From a virus (taxonomy: Duplodnaviria; Caudoviricetes): 35,065 nt of DNA. The stretch spans positions 1 to 35,065 of the IMG/VR virus record IMGVR_UViG_3300016665_000978. One strand, written 5' to 3'. Shown piece by piece: positions 1 through 6,995 of this stretch; the stretch's first letter is position 1; every line of letters begins with the position of its first letter. The position numbers and the translations under genes are program-made. The notes under the pieces were generated by a model, which ran no database searches, was not told where the DNA came from, and saw nothing but the letters and a program-made list of their open reading frames with translations.

Positions 1-798
1 CTACCATCTTGCGTTCTCCAGAAATCCTGCATCTTCCAATTCCTTTTGGCAATCAAACATCGCACGTTTGCCTTTTCCAGCATAGCGGTTGAAAATAGTT
101 TCAACTGTGCTCGGTAGTTTGGGAAAGAATTCAACTTTCTGTGCCAACAAACAACGCAGCAGTGGTAATGTGGGGCTGTAGGAGAGATATAAGGTTCCGT
201 GTACGGCTGGCAAACCTTCGAGTGAGGTGAGTTTGTTGTCGAAGCACCAGAAATGTCCAGCAACACTCTTGGGAGCATGTTCCAATGTAGTGAGATTGTT
301 GAAACTGCAATCGAAACTATCATTGACACTTTGGGGACAGTGTTCCAGTGAGGTGAGTTCATTTTTTCTGCAATTGAAATCACCACCAACACTCTGGGGC
401 GCATGTTTAAGGGAGGTAAGCTGGTTGTTGCTGCAATTAAAACTACCGGCAACACTCTGGGGTGCATGTTTAAGGGAGGTAAGTTTGTTGTGGCTACAAT
501 CAAAACGACCATCAACACTCTTGGGTGCATGTTCTAGTGAGGTGAGTTGATTGTCGTAGCAAGAGAAATCATCACCAACACTGTTGGGTGCTCCTGCAAG
601 GGTTTCCAGTTTGTTATGCCCGCCCCAGAAACCACCATCAACCCTGTCAAAAAACACTGGCAATCTCTTGTGCTTGTACCTTTCTTTTAGCGTTACATTG
701 CCCTTACAATTTACAAATCCGCGATCGTCAATGGTTATTTCCCCAGTTGTTTTGAAATACTTGTTCAATAACCGCAATATCTCTTGTTTGTCTACCAT
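1..798 (-). CDS. Leucine-rich-repeat-like phage protein (22-aa repeats)
   Basis: About 6 tandem 22-aa units of the type N-x-L-T-S-L-E-H-A-P-x-S-V-x-G-x-F-x-C. Likely start is ATG 798 (MVDKQ), overlapping the upstream stop. C-terminus FDCQKELEDAG..NARW is shared with the neighbour. Confidence 0.75.
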   Translation of the reverse strand: MVDKQEILRLLNKYFKTTGEITIDDRGFVNCKGNVTLKERYKHKRLPVFFDRVDGGFWGGHNKLETLAGAPNSVGDDFSCYDNQLTSLEHAPKSVDGRFDCSHNKLTSLKHAPQSVAGSFNCSNNQLTSLKHAPQSVGGDFNCRKNELTSLEHCPQSVNDSFDCSFNNLTTLEHAPKSVAGHFWCFDNKLTSLEGLPAVHGTLYLSYSPTLPLLRCLLAQKVEFFPKLPSTVETIFNRYAGKGKRAMFDCQKELEDAGFLENARW

Positions 799-1361
799 CT
801 TGCATGAGCCTCCAACCCAGCATCTTCCAACGCCTTTTGACAATCAAACAGGGCACGGCGTCCTTGCCCAATATAACTGTTCAATATGGTTTGTGCTTTC
901 CACAAATTCTTATCTTCTTCTGGGTCCACCTGAGTAGGCCCGAAAAAATGCACCCCCTCTTTGGCACTCAAAGCCCTCAACAAAGGCAAATCTGGTTTGT
1001 AGCGAATCATAAGTTTCTCGCCAATCTGGGAAGCCAATCCTTCCAATGAGGTTAAATTTTGATTGTGCAGTATGTAGTAAACGCCCTCTACAATTTGAGG
1101 ACCACCAACCAAATTGGAGCCAAGAAAAACACCCAAGCTAAAATGGCCCTTGACTTCTCTTGGACAGCCTTCCAAAGAAATCAACTTACCCAATTCCAGT
1201 TGCATATTGCCCTTCACTGAGTGAAACGCATAGGGCAATGTTTGCGCCATTCTCCGCAGTCTCACGTCTCCGGCTACACTGATTTTGCCAGAAACAGGAT
1301 CCTGGGACACAGGGCCAGACGCATGGAACCACTTTTCGAAATCTTCAATGGGCGCCTGCAT
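792..1361 (-). CDS. Paralog of the LRR-like protein with fewer repeats
   Basis: LISLEGCPREVKGHF and LTSLEGL repeats; C-terminus LPLLRAL...LFDCQKALEDAGLEAHARW matches 1..798. Confidence 0.7.
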   Translation of the reverse strand: MQAPIEDFEKWFHASGPVSQDPVSGKISVAGDVRLRRMAQTLPYAFHSVKGNMQLELGKLISLEGCPREVKGHFSLGVFLGSNLVGGPQIVEGVYYILHNQNLTSLEGLASQIGEKLMIRYKPDLPLLRALSAKEGVHFFGPTQVDPEEDKNLWKAQTILNSYIGQGRRALFDCQKALEDAGLEAHARW

Positions 1362-1681
1362 TACTTGCCCAGCTCACCAAGTGTGTCTAGATCCACAAAT
1401 GTTTTTTGTGTACCAAGGGTCACAATGCAAGTGAGGCTTTGGCTCTCACCTGGAACACTGTGGGTGTTGGTGACCATTATTTGTTTCTGGGGATTGATCC
1501 ACACTGACACCAAGATGGCTTGAAGTTGGCTCACAATAACAGGCTGATAACTTTCTTTCTTGAACATTTCAAAAGCTTGATTGGTGGTAGTGCAAAGCTT
1601 CTTGCCATCAACAGGTGTCCAGGCCATTGCAGCACTTGAGAGGCAGAGAAAACTGATGAGAGACAAAATGGGGAGACGCAT
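1361..1681 (-). CDS. Hypothetical exported protein
   Basis: ATG 1681 follows AAGGA and a TAAATA box (1705-1710, minus strand). N-terminus MRLPILSLISFLCLSSAAMA-W looks like a signal peptide. Confidence 0.65.
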   Translation of the reverse strand: MRLPILSLISFLCLSSAAMAWTPVDGKKLCTTTNQAFEMFKKESYQPVIVSQLQAILVSVWINPQKQIMVTNTHSVPGESQSLTCIVTLGTQKTFVDLDTLGELGK

Positions 1682-1777
1682 GAGAAGGTCCTTGAGATTT
1701 TCTCTATTTATCAAAGGCTAGAGACCTTGCGTCTGGGATTCAACAACATTTGGCTTTGGCGCCTTTAAATAGGAATT

Positions 1778-2770
1778 ATGACAATAAGACATTGGATCAA
1801 CATTGTTGAAGCTAAATTTCGGCAACCAGCCGTTATGTTTCATGGCACTACAACAGAATTCTTGCCCACAATACGGAAACAAGGCATTGTTCCCCATCCC
1901 AAGAAAAAAACTTGGCAATCTGACCCAGATCTCATCCAAGGCAGCTACAGCAGAGCCAGTTTGGAAGGCAGTTACTGGACTTCCAATCTCATGACAGCCA
2001 TCAGCAGTGCATCCACCACCCGAAAAAAGTTCGGCGGAAAAAGTTTGATAATTATAGCCCAGATAGCAGAACAAAGTGGTTATGCTGACGAAGACAGTGT
2101 GAACTCTTCCATGAGGTTTGCCTTGGAACAAACCAACAAAAGCATGCATCCAAGCATAAGGAGTGACTTTCTATTGCCCTTGGCCAGCACGCTTTGGCAA
2201 GACCCCCAGGGAGGGGATGCCCAAAAAGCCAAAAAACAGTTTGCGCAAAGTTTGCATCAGGCGCTGGCTAAAGATCCTTCAATGCACCCCTTGGATCAAA
2301 GGTTTACTGACCAACTCTTGAATGCATTGCTGTTGAGAGAAGTTGCCTGGGAAGCACAAAGCAGCCCTTCAAGACTCAGCTCGTGGCTAACAAACATTCC
2401 TGACCCCTTGCCCAGTGTTGAAGAGGCAGATGAGAGGTTGCAACAGTTGCGCGAAAGATTGACCAGAACCTATCGTAAAACAGCCACTGACAAAAGTCAG
2501 TTCAATCAAACATTGCGTTTGACGCAACCTGTGGGATTCAAAGGCGCAAACAAAATATTGGCAATGCTGGAAGAACAACCGTGGGAATGGCTGCCTGCGT
2601 CAGGTAGTGATGCCAAAAAACTACATGTTCCGCCTTTTGTGTTGCGATACGGATCTGTTGATAGTATCCCAAACGAGTTTTTCTCACAGTATGAAACCCG
2701 GATAGGCCGCTGGCCTGGCTTGGTGAGCAAGGATGGTCATGAGCTAATGCCCAGTGAGAGAAGAGGGTGA
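1778..2770 (+). CDS. ADP-ribosyltransferase-fold protein (HGT motif), putatively virion-packaged
   Basis: MFHGTT...IRKQGI.P and GSYWTS motifs of the Tpt1/ART-like fold. TAAATA at 1766 and AGGA upstream. Confidence 0.55.
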   Translation: MTIRHWINIVEAKFRQPAVMFHGTTTEFLPTIRKQGIVPHPKKKTWQSDPDLIQGSYSRASLEGSYWTSNLMTAISSASTTRKKFGGKSLIIIAQIAEQSGYADEDSVNSSMRFALEQTNKSMHPSIRSDFLLPLASTLWQDPQGGDAQKAKKQFAQSLHQALAKDPSMHPLDQRFTDQLLNALLLREVAWEAQSSPSRLSSWLTNIPDPLPSVEEADERLQQLRERLTRTYRKTATDKSQFNQTLRLTQPVGFKGANKILAMLEEQPWEWLPASGSDAKKLHVPPFVLRYGSVDSIPNEFFSQYETRIGRWPGLVSKDGHELMPSERRG

Positions 2771-2788
2771 AAACCAGCGGTTCTGTGG

Positions 2789-2817
2789 TTGACGGCTGGA
2801 CTTTTTCAGCGTATAAC
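2789..2817 (+). promoter_or_regulatory. sigma70-like promoter of the tRNA cluster
   Basis: TTGACG-N17-TATAAC about 60 nt upstream of tRNA-Leu. Confidence 0.6.
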
Positions 2818-2879
2818 AATGGTGTTGAAGCGCACTACACGGTGTGCAGCAAACAAAAGGAAACAACATACTACTGGAT

Positions 2880-3027
2880 GCCCTGTTGGTGGAATGGTAG
2901 ACACGACTGACTCACCGCCCGTGACAACTAAGAAATTGGTTGGGTCACAGCTAGTTCGACCCTAGCAGGCGAAACAAAATCAGTTCCCCGTGAGGGGGTG
3001 GGGGTTCAAGTCCCTCACAGGGCACCA
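2880..3027 (+). tRNA. tRNA-Leu(CAA) with a 62-nt insert in the anticodon loop
   Basis: Acceptor GCCCTGT/ACAGGGC, A73, CCA. Leu-type D arm GGTGGAATGGTAGACAC. Anticodon stem ACTGA/TCAGT, long variable arm, T loop TTCAAGT. Removing 2915-2976 restores the loop CTCAAAA (86 nt). Confidence 0.85.
2915..2976 (+). other. tRNA-mimic intron-like insert 1
   Basis: C-CGCC...GGCG-AAACA closing stem; GTGAC/GTCAC stem capped by AACTAA-GAAA-TTGGTT; T arm GCTAG-TTCGACC-CTAGC. Confidence 0.75.
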
Positions 3028-3048
3028 AAGCTTTGTAATTGACTTTGA

Positions 3049-3124
3049 TGGGGAGTAGCTCAATTGGTGGAGCATCCGACTTTGAATCGGAAGGCCGTGG
3101 GATCGTACCCCACCTCCCCTACCA
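3049..3124 (+). tRNA. tRNA-Gln(UUG)
   Basis: 76-nt cloverleaf with anticodon arm TCCGA-CTTTGAA-TCGGA and encoded CCA. U1:U72 mismatch and atypical T loop ATCGTAC. Confidence 0.88.
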
Positions 3125-3134
3125 ACAATACTGT

Positions 3135-3262
3135 GGCCGCATATCCCAATTGGCAGAGGAAGTGGACTTACGGACAAGAGCAGCTGGTGCTCATATCAGT
3201 TCAATCCTGATAGTCCAACAGAAATCCACAAAGTGTGAGTTCGAATCTCACTGCGGCTACCA
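3135..3262 (+). tRNA. tRNA, probably Leu(UAA) with short variable loop, with a 51-nt anticodon-loop insert
   Basis: Acceptor GGCCGCA/TGCGGCT, A73, CCA. Anticodon stem GTGGA/TCCAC, T arm GTGAG-TTCGAAT-CTCAC. Removing 3171-3221 gives CTTAAAA (77 nt); other registers would give UGA or AGA anticodons. Confidence 0.75.
3171..3221 (+). other. tRNA-mimic intron-like insert 2
   Basis: C-GGAC...GTCC-AACAG closing stem; hairpin GAGCA/TGCTC; T arm TATCAG-TTCAATC-CTGATA. Confidence 0.75.
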
Positions 3263-3313
3263 AATCCCTAGCATCTATTTTGTGTTCTTCAAAATGCCAA
3301 CTATACTCTAGGT

Positions 3314-4003
3314 ATGACCTACTTAGACATCCAGAAATATCAAAGCCCCAATCACAAACACCCTTTCAAGAATCTGTTGTTCACTTGGTTCACGGAAATA
3401 CAACACAAGGAAATCCTTCAGCCTGATTATTACTTGAAAATACCAGGCATGAGCGGCAAAAAATACAGATATCTTGTTAACAAACTTGCCAGCAGTTTGG
3501 AGGAAGTTCGCTATCTGGAAATTGGCAGTTGGAAAGGCAGCACGCTTTGCAGTGTGTTACATAATAATCAAGTGCAGGCCACAGCAATTGACAACTGGAG
3601 TCAGTTTGATGGACCCCGTGATGAATTTTTCTCAAATGTTCGCAAAACCCAACAACTGGGTACCAAACTCACAGTGTTGGAACAGGATTTTCGGGCAATT
3701 GACTACACTGGGTTAGGCAAGTTCAACATGTATTTGTTTGATGGTCCACACACTGCACAAGATCAGTATGATGGCCTTATGATGGCTCAACCTGCCCTTG
3801 ACCAAAACTACTTGCTAGTAGTGGATGACTGGAATTGGCCACCAGCACGAGAAGGAACTCAAAGAGCATTGAGTGAGCTGGGTGCAGAAGTCAGTTATAT
3901 CACAATCATGACAACCTCAGATGGTAGCCATCCCAACAATCATAGTGAAAACAGTGACTGGCACAATGGATATTTTCTTGCTGCGGTTTCCAAGAAGGCT
4001 TGA
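3314..4003 (+). CDS. Class I SAM-dependent methyltransferase (Methyltransf_24-like)
   Basis: YLEIGSWKGS motif I, IDNW, FDGPH and VVDD motifs. Confidence 0.75.
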   Translation: MTYLDIQKYQSPNHKHPFKNLLFTWFTEIQHKEILQPDYYLKIPGMSGKKYRYLVNKLASSLEEVRYLEIGSWKGSTLCSVLHNNQVQATAIDNWSQFDGPRDEFFSNVRKTQQLGTKLTVLEQDFRAIDYTGLGKFNMYLFDGPHTAQDQYDGLMMAQPALDQNYLLVVDDWNWPPAREGTQRALSELGAEVSYITIMTTSDGSHPNNHSENSDWHNGYFLAAVSKKA

Positions 4004-4028
4004 CACTGTTGATATGATAGTGTAATAT
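4000..4028 (+). promoter_or_regulatory. sigma70-like promoter of tRNA-Gly
   Basis: TTGACA-N17-TAATAT; the -35 box overlaps the upstream TGA stop. Confidence 0.55.
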
Positions 4029-4098
4029 TGGATTGTAGGCGGCGTAAGTGGCTTACAGAAGAAGCGGGCAGACAGGTGAAGTCAGCTGCGTTTTATAT

Positions 4099-4173
4099 GC
4101 GGGATTGGTGTAACCGATAGCATAGAAGATTTCCAATCTTTTGGTAGGAGTTTGAGCCTCCTATTCCGCTCCA
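4099..4173 (+). tRNA. tRNA-Gly(UCC)
   Basis: Acceptor GCGGGAT/ATTCCGC, U73, CCA; anticodon arm GAAGA-TTTCCAA-TCTTT. Confidence 0.88.
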
Positions 4174-4176
4174 TTT

Positions 4177-5040
4177 TCAACCTTGTTTTCTTTGTGGGAC
4201 ATGTGATATATGTCCCCGGAAGTAAGCGTGCCTCACAGCCCCTCTCCACAAGCTATGTTTAGCTTCAATCTCACTACTAGATAATCCTGCATCAATATCA
4301 GCCTGCAAGAATCGATAGTCTTTACGTTGTCGCCTGCCGTCATCCCAAACTTTCCTAACAGATTCAGATACCTTCTTTTTTGTCTCCTCAGAAACAACAG
4401 CTGGCTTATGAAGTCTTGCCTTGGCAGCTTGCTGTCTTCTTTGTTCGGTTATTTCAGTGCTGTGCGTTTTTCCCCGTTGGCTTTCGGATATTTTTTTCTT
4501 AGTTTCTTCACTTCTTGGTTTACCTTGCAGCCGTAATTTAGTTGCCGCGCCGATACGCTGTCGGCCCTCATCTGATAACGTACGTTTACGACCAGGATGA
4601 GATCTGCCGCGCAGTTTTGCGGAAATCTTTTGTTTCGCCTCCTCGGAGTGTTTTTTCCCGCGGAACTTGTTATCTTCTCTGTCATCAGAATTGACATGGT
4701 ACCATCCACCATTACCACCTAAGGTGAGATTATAGGTATCAACCCTGGCAATGAACTCTTCGGTGACCACTTGTGCTTCGGCCTTGTTCAATTCTTCAAA
4801 GGATGTGTATTCTTGTAGGATGGTTCTACAAAAGTTTTCTATTCCATATCGGCTAATCGCTTTTTTAAGTAGTTTACCACTACCTAGATAGCCATCATTT
4901 AAATTTTTGGTAACGTGTTTTCCTACATAGATCTTTTGATTGACCAAATTGGTTGTTTGGTATAAGATATAATAGGTTTTATCTTCAATTTGTGGAGTTA
5001 TTGACTCTTCAAAAAAAGTCGTGTAAATGTCATCAGACAT
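4177..5040 (-). mobile_element. Free-standing GIY-YIG homing endonuclease with NUMOD3-like repeats (Seg-like)
   Basis: ILYQTTNLVNQKIYVGKH...YLGSG, YNL..GG, and repeated GKKHSEEAKQKIS / SEETKKKIS. Lies antisense between two tRNA genes. Confidence 0.85.
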
Positions 5041-5108
5041 GTTTTGTTCTTTCCTAACAAAATGTGTTTAGAGACCAATGGATGTTCCACCATCCTTGGT
5101 CTCGCATA

Positions 5109-5116
5109 TATTTATA
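5109..5116 (-). promoter_or_regulatory. T4-type late promoter TATAAATA of the endonuclease gene
   Basis: Exact T4 late consensus about 70 nt upstream of the ATG, followed by a hairpin at 5071-5103. Confidence 0.6.
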
Positions 5117-5118
5117 GT

Positions 5119-5146
5119 TTGACGTTGCTGTAAATATCTATATAAT
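5119..5146 (+). promoter_or_regulatory. sigma70-like promoter of tRNA-Arg
   Basis: TTGACG-N16-TATAAT. Confidence 0.6.
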
Positions 5147-5165
5147 TAGCACATAAATTGAATTA

Positions 5166-5290
5166 CTCCCGATAGCTCAACCGGATAGAGCATCAGACTT
5201 CCGGTCCCATAGGTAGATACACAAGGTTCAATTCCTTGGGGACCGTCCCTAATCTGAAGGTTGACCGTTCGAGTCGGTCTCGGGAGGCCA
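5166..5290 (+). tRNA. tRNA-Arg(UCU) with a 48-nt insert in the anticodon loop
   Basis: Acceptor CTCCCGA/TCGGGAG, G73, CCA. D loop with GGA (A20, Arg identity). Stem TCAGA/TCTGA, T arm GACCG-TTCGAGT-CGGTC. Removing 5202-5249 gives CTTCTAA (77 nt). Confidence 0.85.
5202..5249 (+). other. tRNA-mimic intron-like insert 3
   Basis: 7-bp stem CGGTCCC/GGGACCG, 5-bp T arm CAAGG-TTCAATT-CCTTG and 4-nt tail TCCC, which is exact tRNA minihelix geometry. Confidence 0.8.
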
Positions 5291-5314
5291 ACTATTTCCC
5301 CACTAAATATGCTC

Positions 5315-5758
5315 ATGAGAATCCAGGATTTGGCACCAGTTTATTATCATGGTAGCTACACTTATCTTGCACCGGGAACAATTCTCTCTCCGAGAAATCA
5401 ACACTATGAACAAGACTGGCAACATACAGATTTCTACAATGTGTTGGAAAAATACAGACCCGCCAACAAACCAGCGCACAAAGACAGTGTGTTCATGGTT
5501 TCTGATCCTGATGATATTGATTTGGCAGGCGGAGGAACAGATTGGATCTTCACTCTACAACCTCTAGGCCCAGTCTCCAAGCACGACCTCAATTGGAGCA
5601 GTGAAATTAGCATGCTAAAAAGTGACGGCTTCGATAATGAGTCGCCCGAAGTGCAACAAGCCGCAAAAAATTATTGGATGGGTGTGCCACACCACAATGA
5701 AAGTGTGTGGGAATATCTTACACCCCGGGCCAAGATTTTGACTGTTGAAGAGTATTAA
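5315..5758 (+). CDS. Arr-like ADP-ribosyltransferase-fold protein
   Basis: VYYHGS...LAPG..L.P N-terminus and late EY. TAAATA at 5304; start placed at MRIQDL because the longer ORF overlaps the tRNA. Confidence 0.45.
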   Translation: MRIQDLAPVYYHGSYTYLAPGTILSPRNQHYEQDWQHTDFYNVLEKYRPANKPAHKDSVFMVSDPDDIDLAGGGTDWIFTLQPLGPVSKHDLNWSSEISMLKSDGFDNESPEVQQAAKNYWMGVPHHNESVWEYLTPRAKILTVEEY

Positions 5759-5805
5759 CTTTAAATTATACTAAAAAACAAACCTTACCAAAAGAACCCA
5801 ACCCA

Positions 5806-6597
5806 ATGCAATCACTCACCCCCCATCAAACCCAACGCATACAACACTTGTGGAACCAGGCTGAGGGCATCGTGATTCTTGCTGGAGCCGGCATGAGTGT
5901 GGACAGTGGCTTGCCTGATTTCCGGGGATCTACTGGAATGTGGACAGAAGCCAAGGAATCTTTTGTTGCCAAGGCCACCGCCAAAGGTTTTCTCACCAAT
6001 CCACTTGAGGCCTGGAACTTTTATATTGAACGAATGATCCAGTATCAAAACCATCAACCACATGAAGGTTACCAGATTCTCCTGGATGTTTTGAAAAAAC
6101 ACAACAAAAGCTATTTTGTGGTCACAAGCAATGTTGATGGACATTTTCTCAAGGCTGGATATGATCCACACAACATATATGAAATACATGGCAGCCTTCG
6201 GCACACCCAATGCACACAGCCTTGTTGCAGAAACTTAACGCCAATGCCCAAATTTATTTCACTATTGCTATCAGATAGTGAAATTCCACAGTGTCCTTAC
6301 TGCAAGAAAAATGCACGACCCAATGTGCTGATGTTCAGTGATCCCAATATTGTGTGGACGCAGATTGATCAAGGACAACAAAGTTTCAAGGATTGGGCTG
6401 CACCAAAATTGGCTATTTTGGGTATTGAAATTGGAGCAGGCACTGGCATTCCCAGCATACGATTGTTTGGTGAGGAACGCACTTGTGATCTCATCCGTAT
6501 CAATCCCCACGAACATGAAACCACTAGAGCAGGTGATGTGGGGTTGGCTATGACTGCCCTCGAAGGGATTCAACAATTGGCTCTGGCTGTAGGATAA
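5806..6597 (+). CDS. Sir2-family NAD-dependent deacylase
   Basis: GAGMSVDSGLPDFRG, TSNVDG, EIHGS, zinc-ribbon cysteines, RPNVLMF. Confidence 0.9.
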   Translation: MQSLTPHQTQRIQHLWNQAEGIVILAGAGMSVDSGLPDFRGSTGMWTEAKESFVAKATAKGFLTNPLEAWNFYIERMIQYQNHQPHEGYQILLDVLKKHNKSYFVVTSNVDGHFLKAGYDPHNIYEIHGSLRHTQCTQPCCRNLTPMPKFISLLLSDSEIPQCPYCKKNARPNVLMFSDPNIVWTQIDQGQQSFKDWAAPKLAILGIEIGAGTGIPSIRLFGEERTCDLIRINPHEHETTRAGDVGLAMTALEGIQQLALAVG

Positions 6598-6655
6598 AGC
6601 TTTGTAAGCTCCTGGATATAAATAAATAACTCAACAAGCTTACAAGGAAATTTCC

Positions 6656-6901
6656 ATGAGTGATGACATCAAAAAATATAGAGCAATTGTAGAGGGTTCT
6701 CATGCTCAAGCACGTAAAAAATCCAGCCTAACAGAGGGCACACAGCCAGCAGCTAAAATGCTGTTGGAAAGCATGGCTGGCAAAAAAATAACCACCAATC
6801 AACTTTTTGAGGCAATGATTAACCATCCTCAAATCCGTGGTGGTGATGCTGCTCTCCGTGTGCTGAAGGAAATGAAAGCTCAACTAAAAAAGAAAGTTTA
6901 A
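6656..6901 (+). CDS. Hypothetical late protein
   Basis: TATAAATA at 6617 and AAGGA SD; N-terminus IKKYRAIVEG. Confidence 0.65.
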   Translation: MSDDIKKYRAIVEGSHAQARKKSSLTEGTQPAAKMLLESMAGKKITTNQLFEAMINHPQIRGGDAALRVLKEMKAQLKKKV

Positions 6902-6929
6902 AAACTCTTGATTGGCTGAAAAACTTGTG

Positions 6930-6960
6930 CCCTGACTTACTCTGTTAAGTCAGGGTTCTC
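6930..6960 (+). terminator. Stem-loop, possible terminator
   Basis: CCCTGACTTA-ctctgt-TAAGTCAGGG followed by a pyrimidine run. Confidence 0.5.
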
Positions 6961-6995
6961 CTTCTGTTAAATAAGCAGTTGAGAGGACACCAAAG

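Noticed and set aside
200-640. 66-nt repeats as a CRISPR array or DGR template
   Set aside because: They are in-frame degenerate coding repeats with no unique spacers, and there is no cas or reverse transcriptase gene in the window.
2980-3426. Short ORFs 2980-3177, 3039-3311 and 3235-3426
   Set aside because: They overlap tRNA genes or the methyltransferase and have no protein motifs.
4035-4095. Structured leader before tRNA-Gly (GCGGC/GCTGC closing two small hairpins) as a hammerhead ribozyme or another mini-tRNA
   Set aside because: It lacks the CUGAnGA/GAAA core and a T loop; the stems are short enough to be chance.
2915-5249. tRNA inserts as group I/II or archaeal BHB introns
   Set aside because: They are far too short for a ribozyme core, and no consistent bulge-helix-bulge can be drawn at the junctions.
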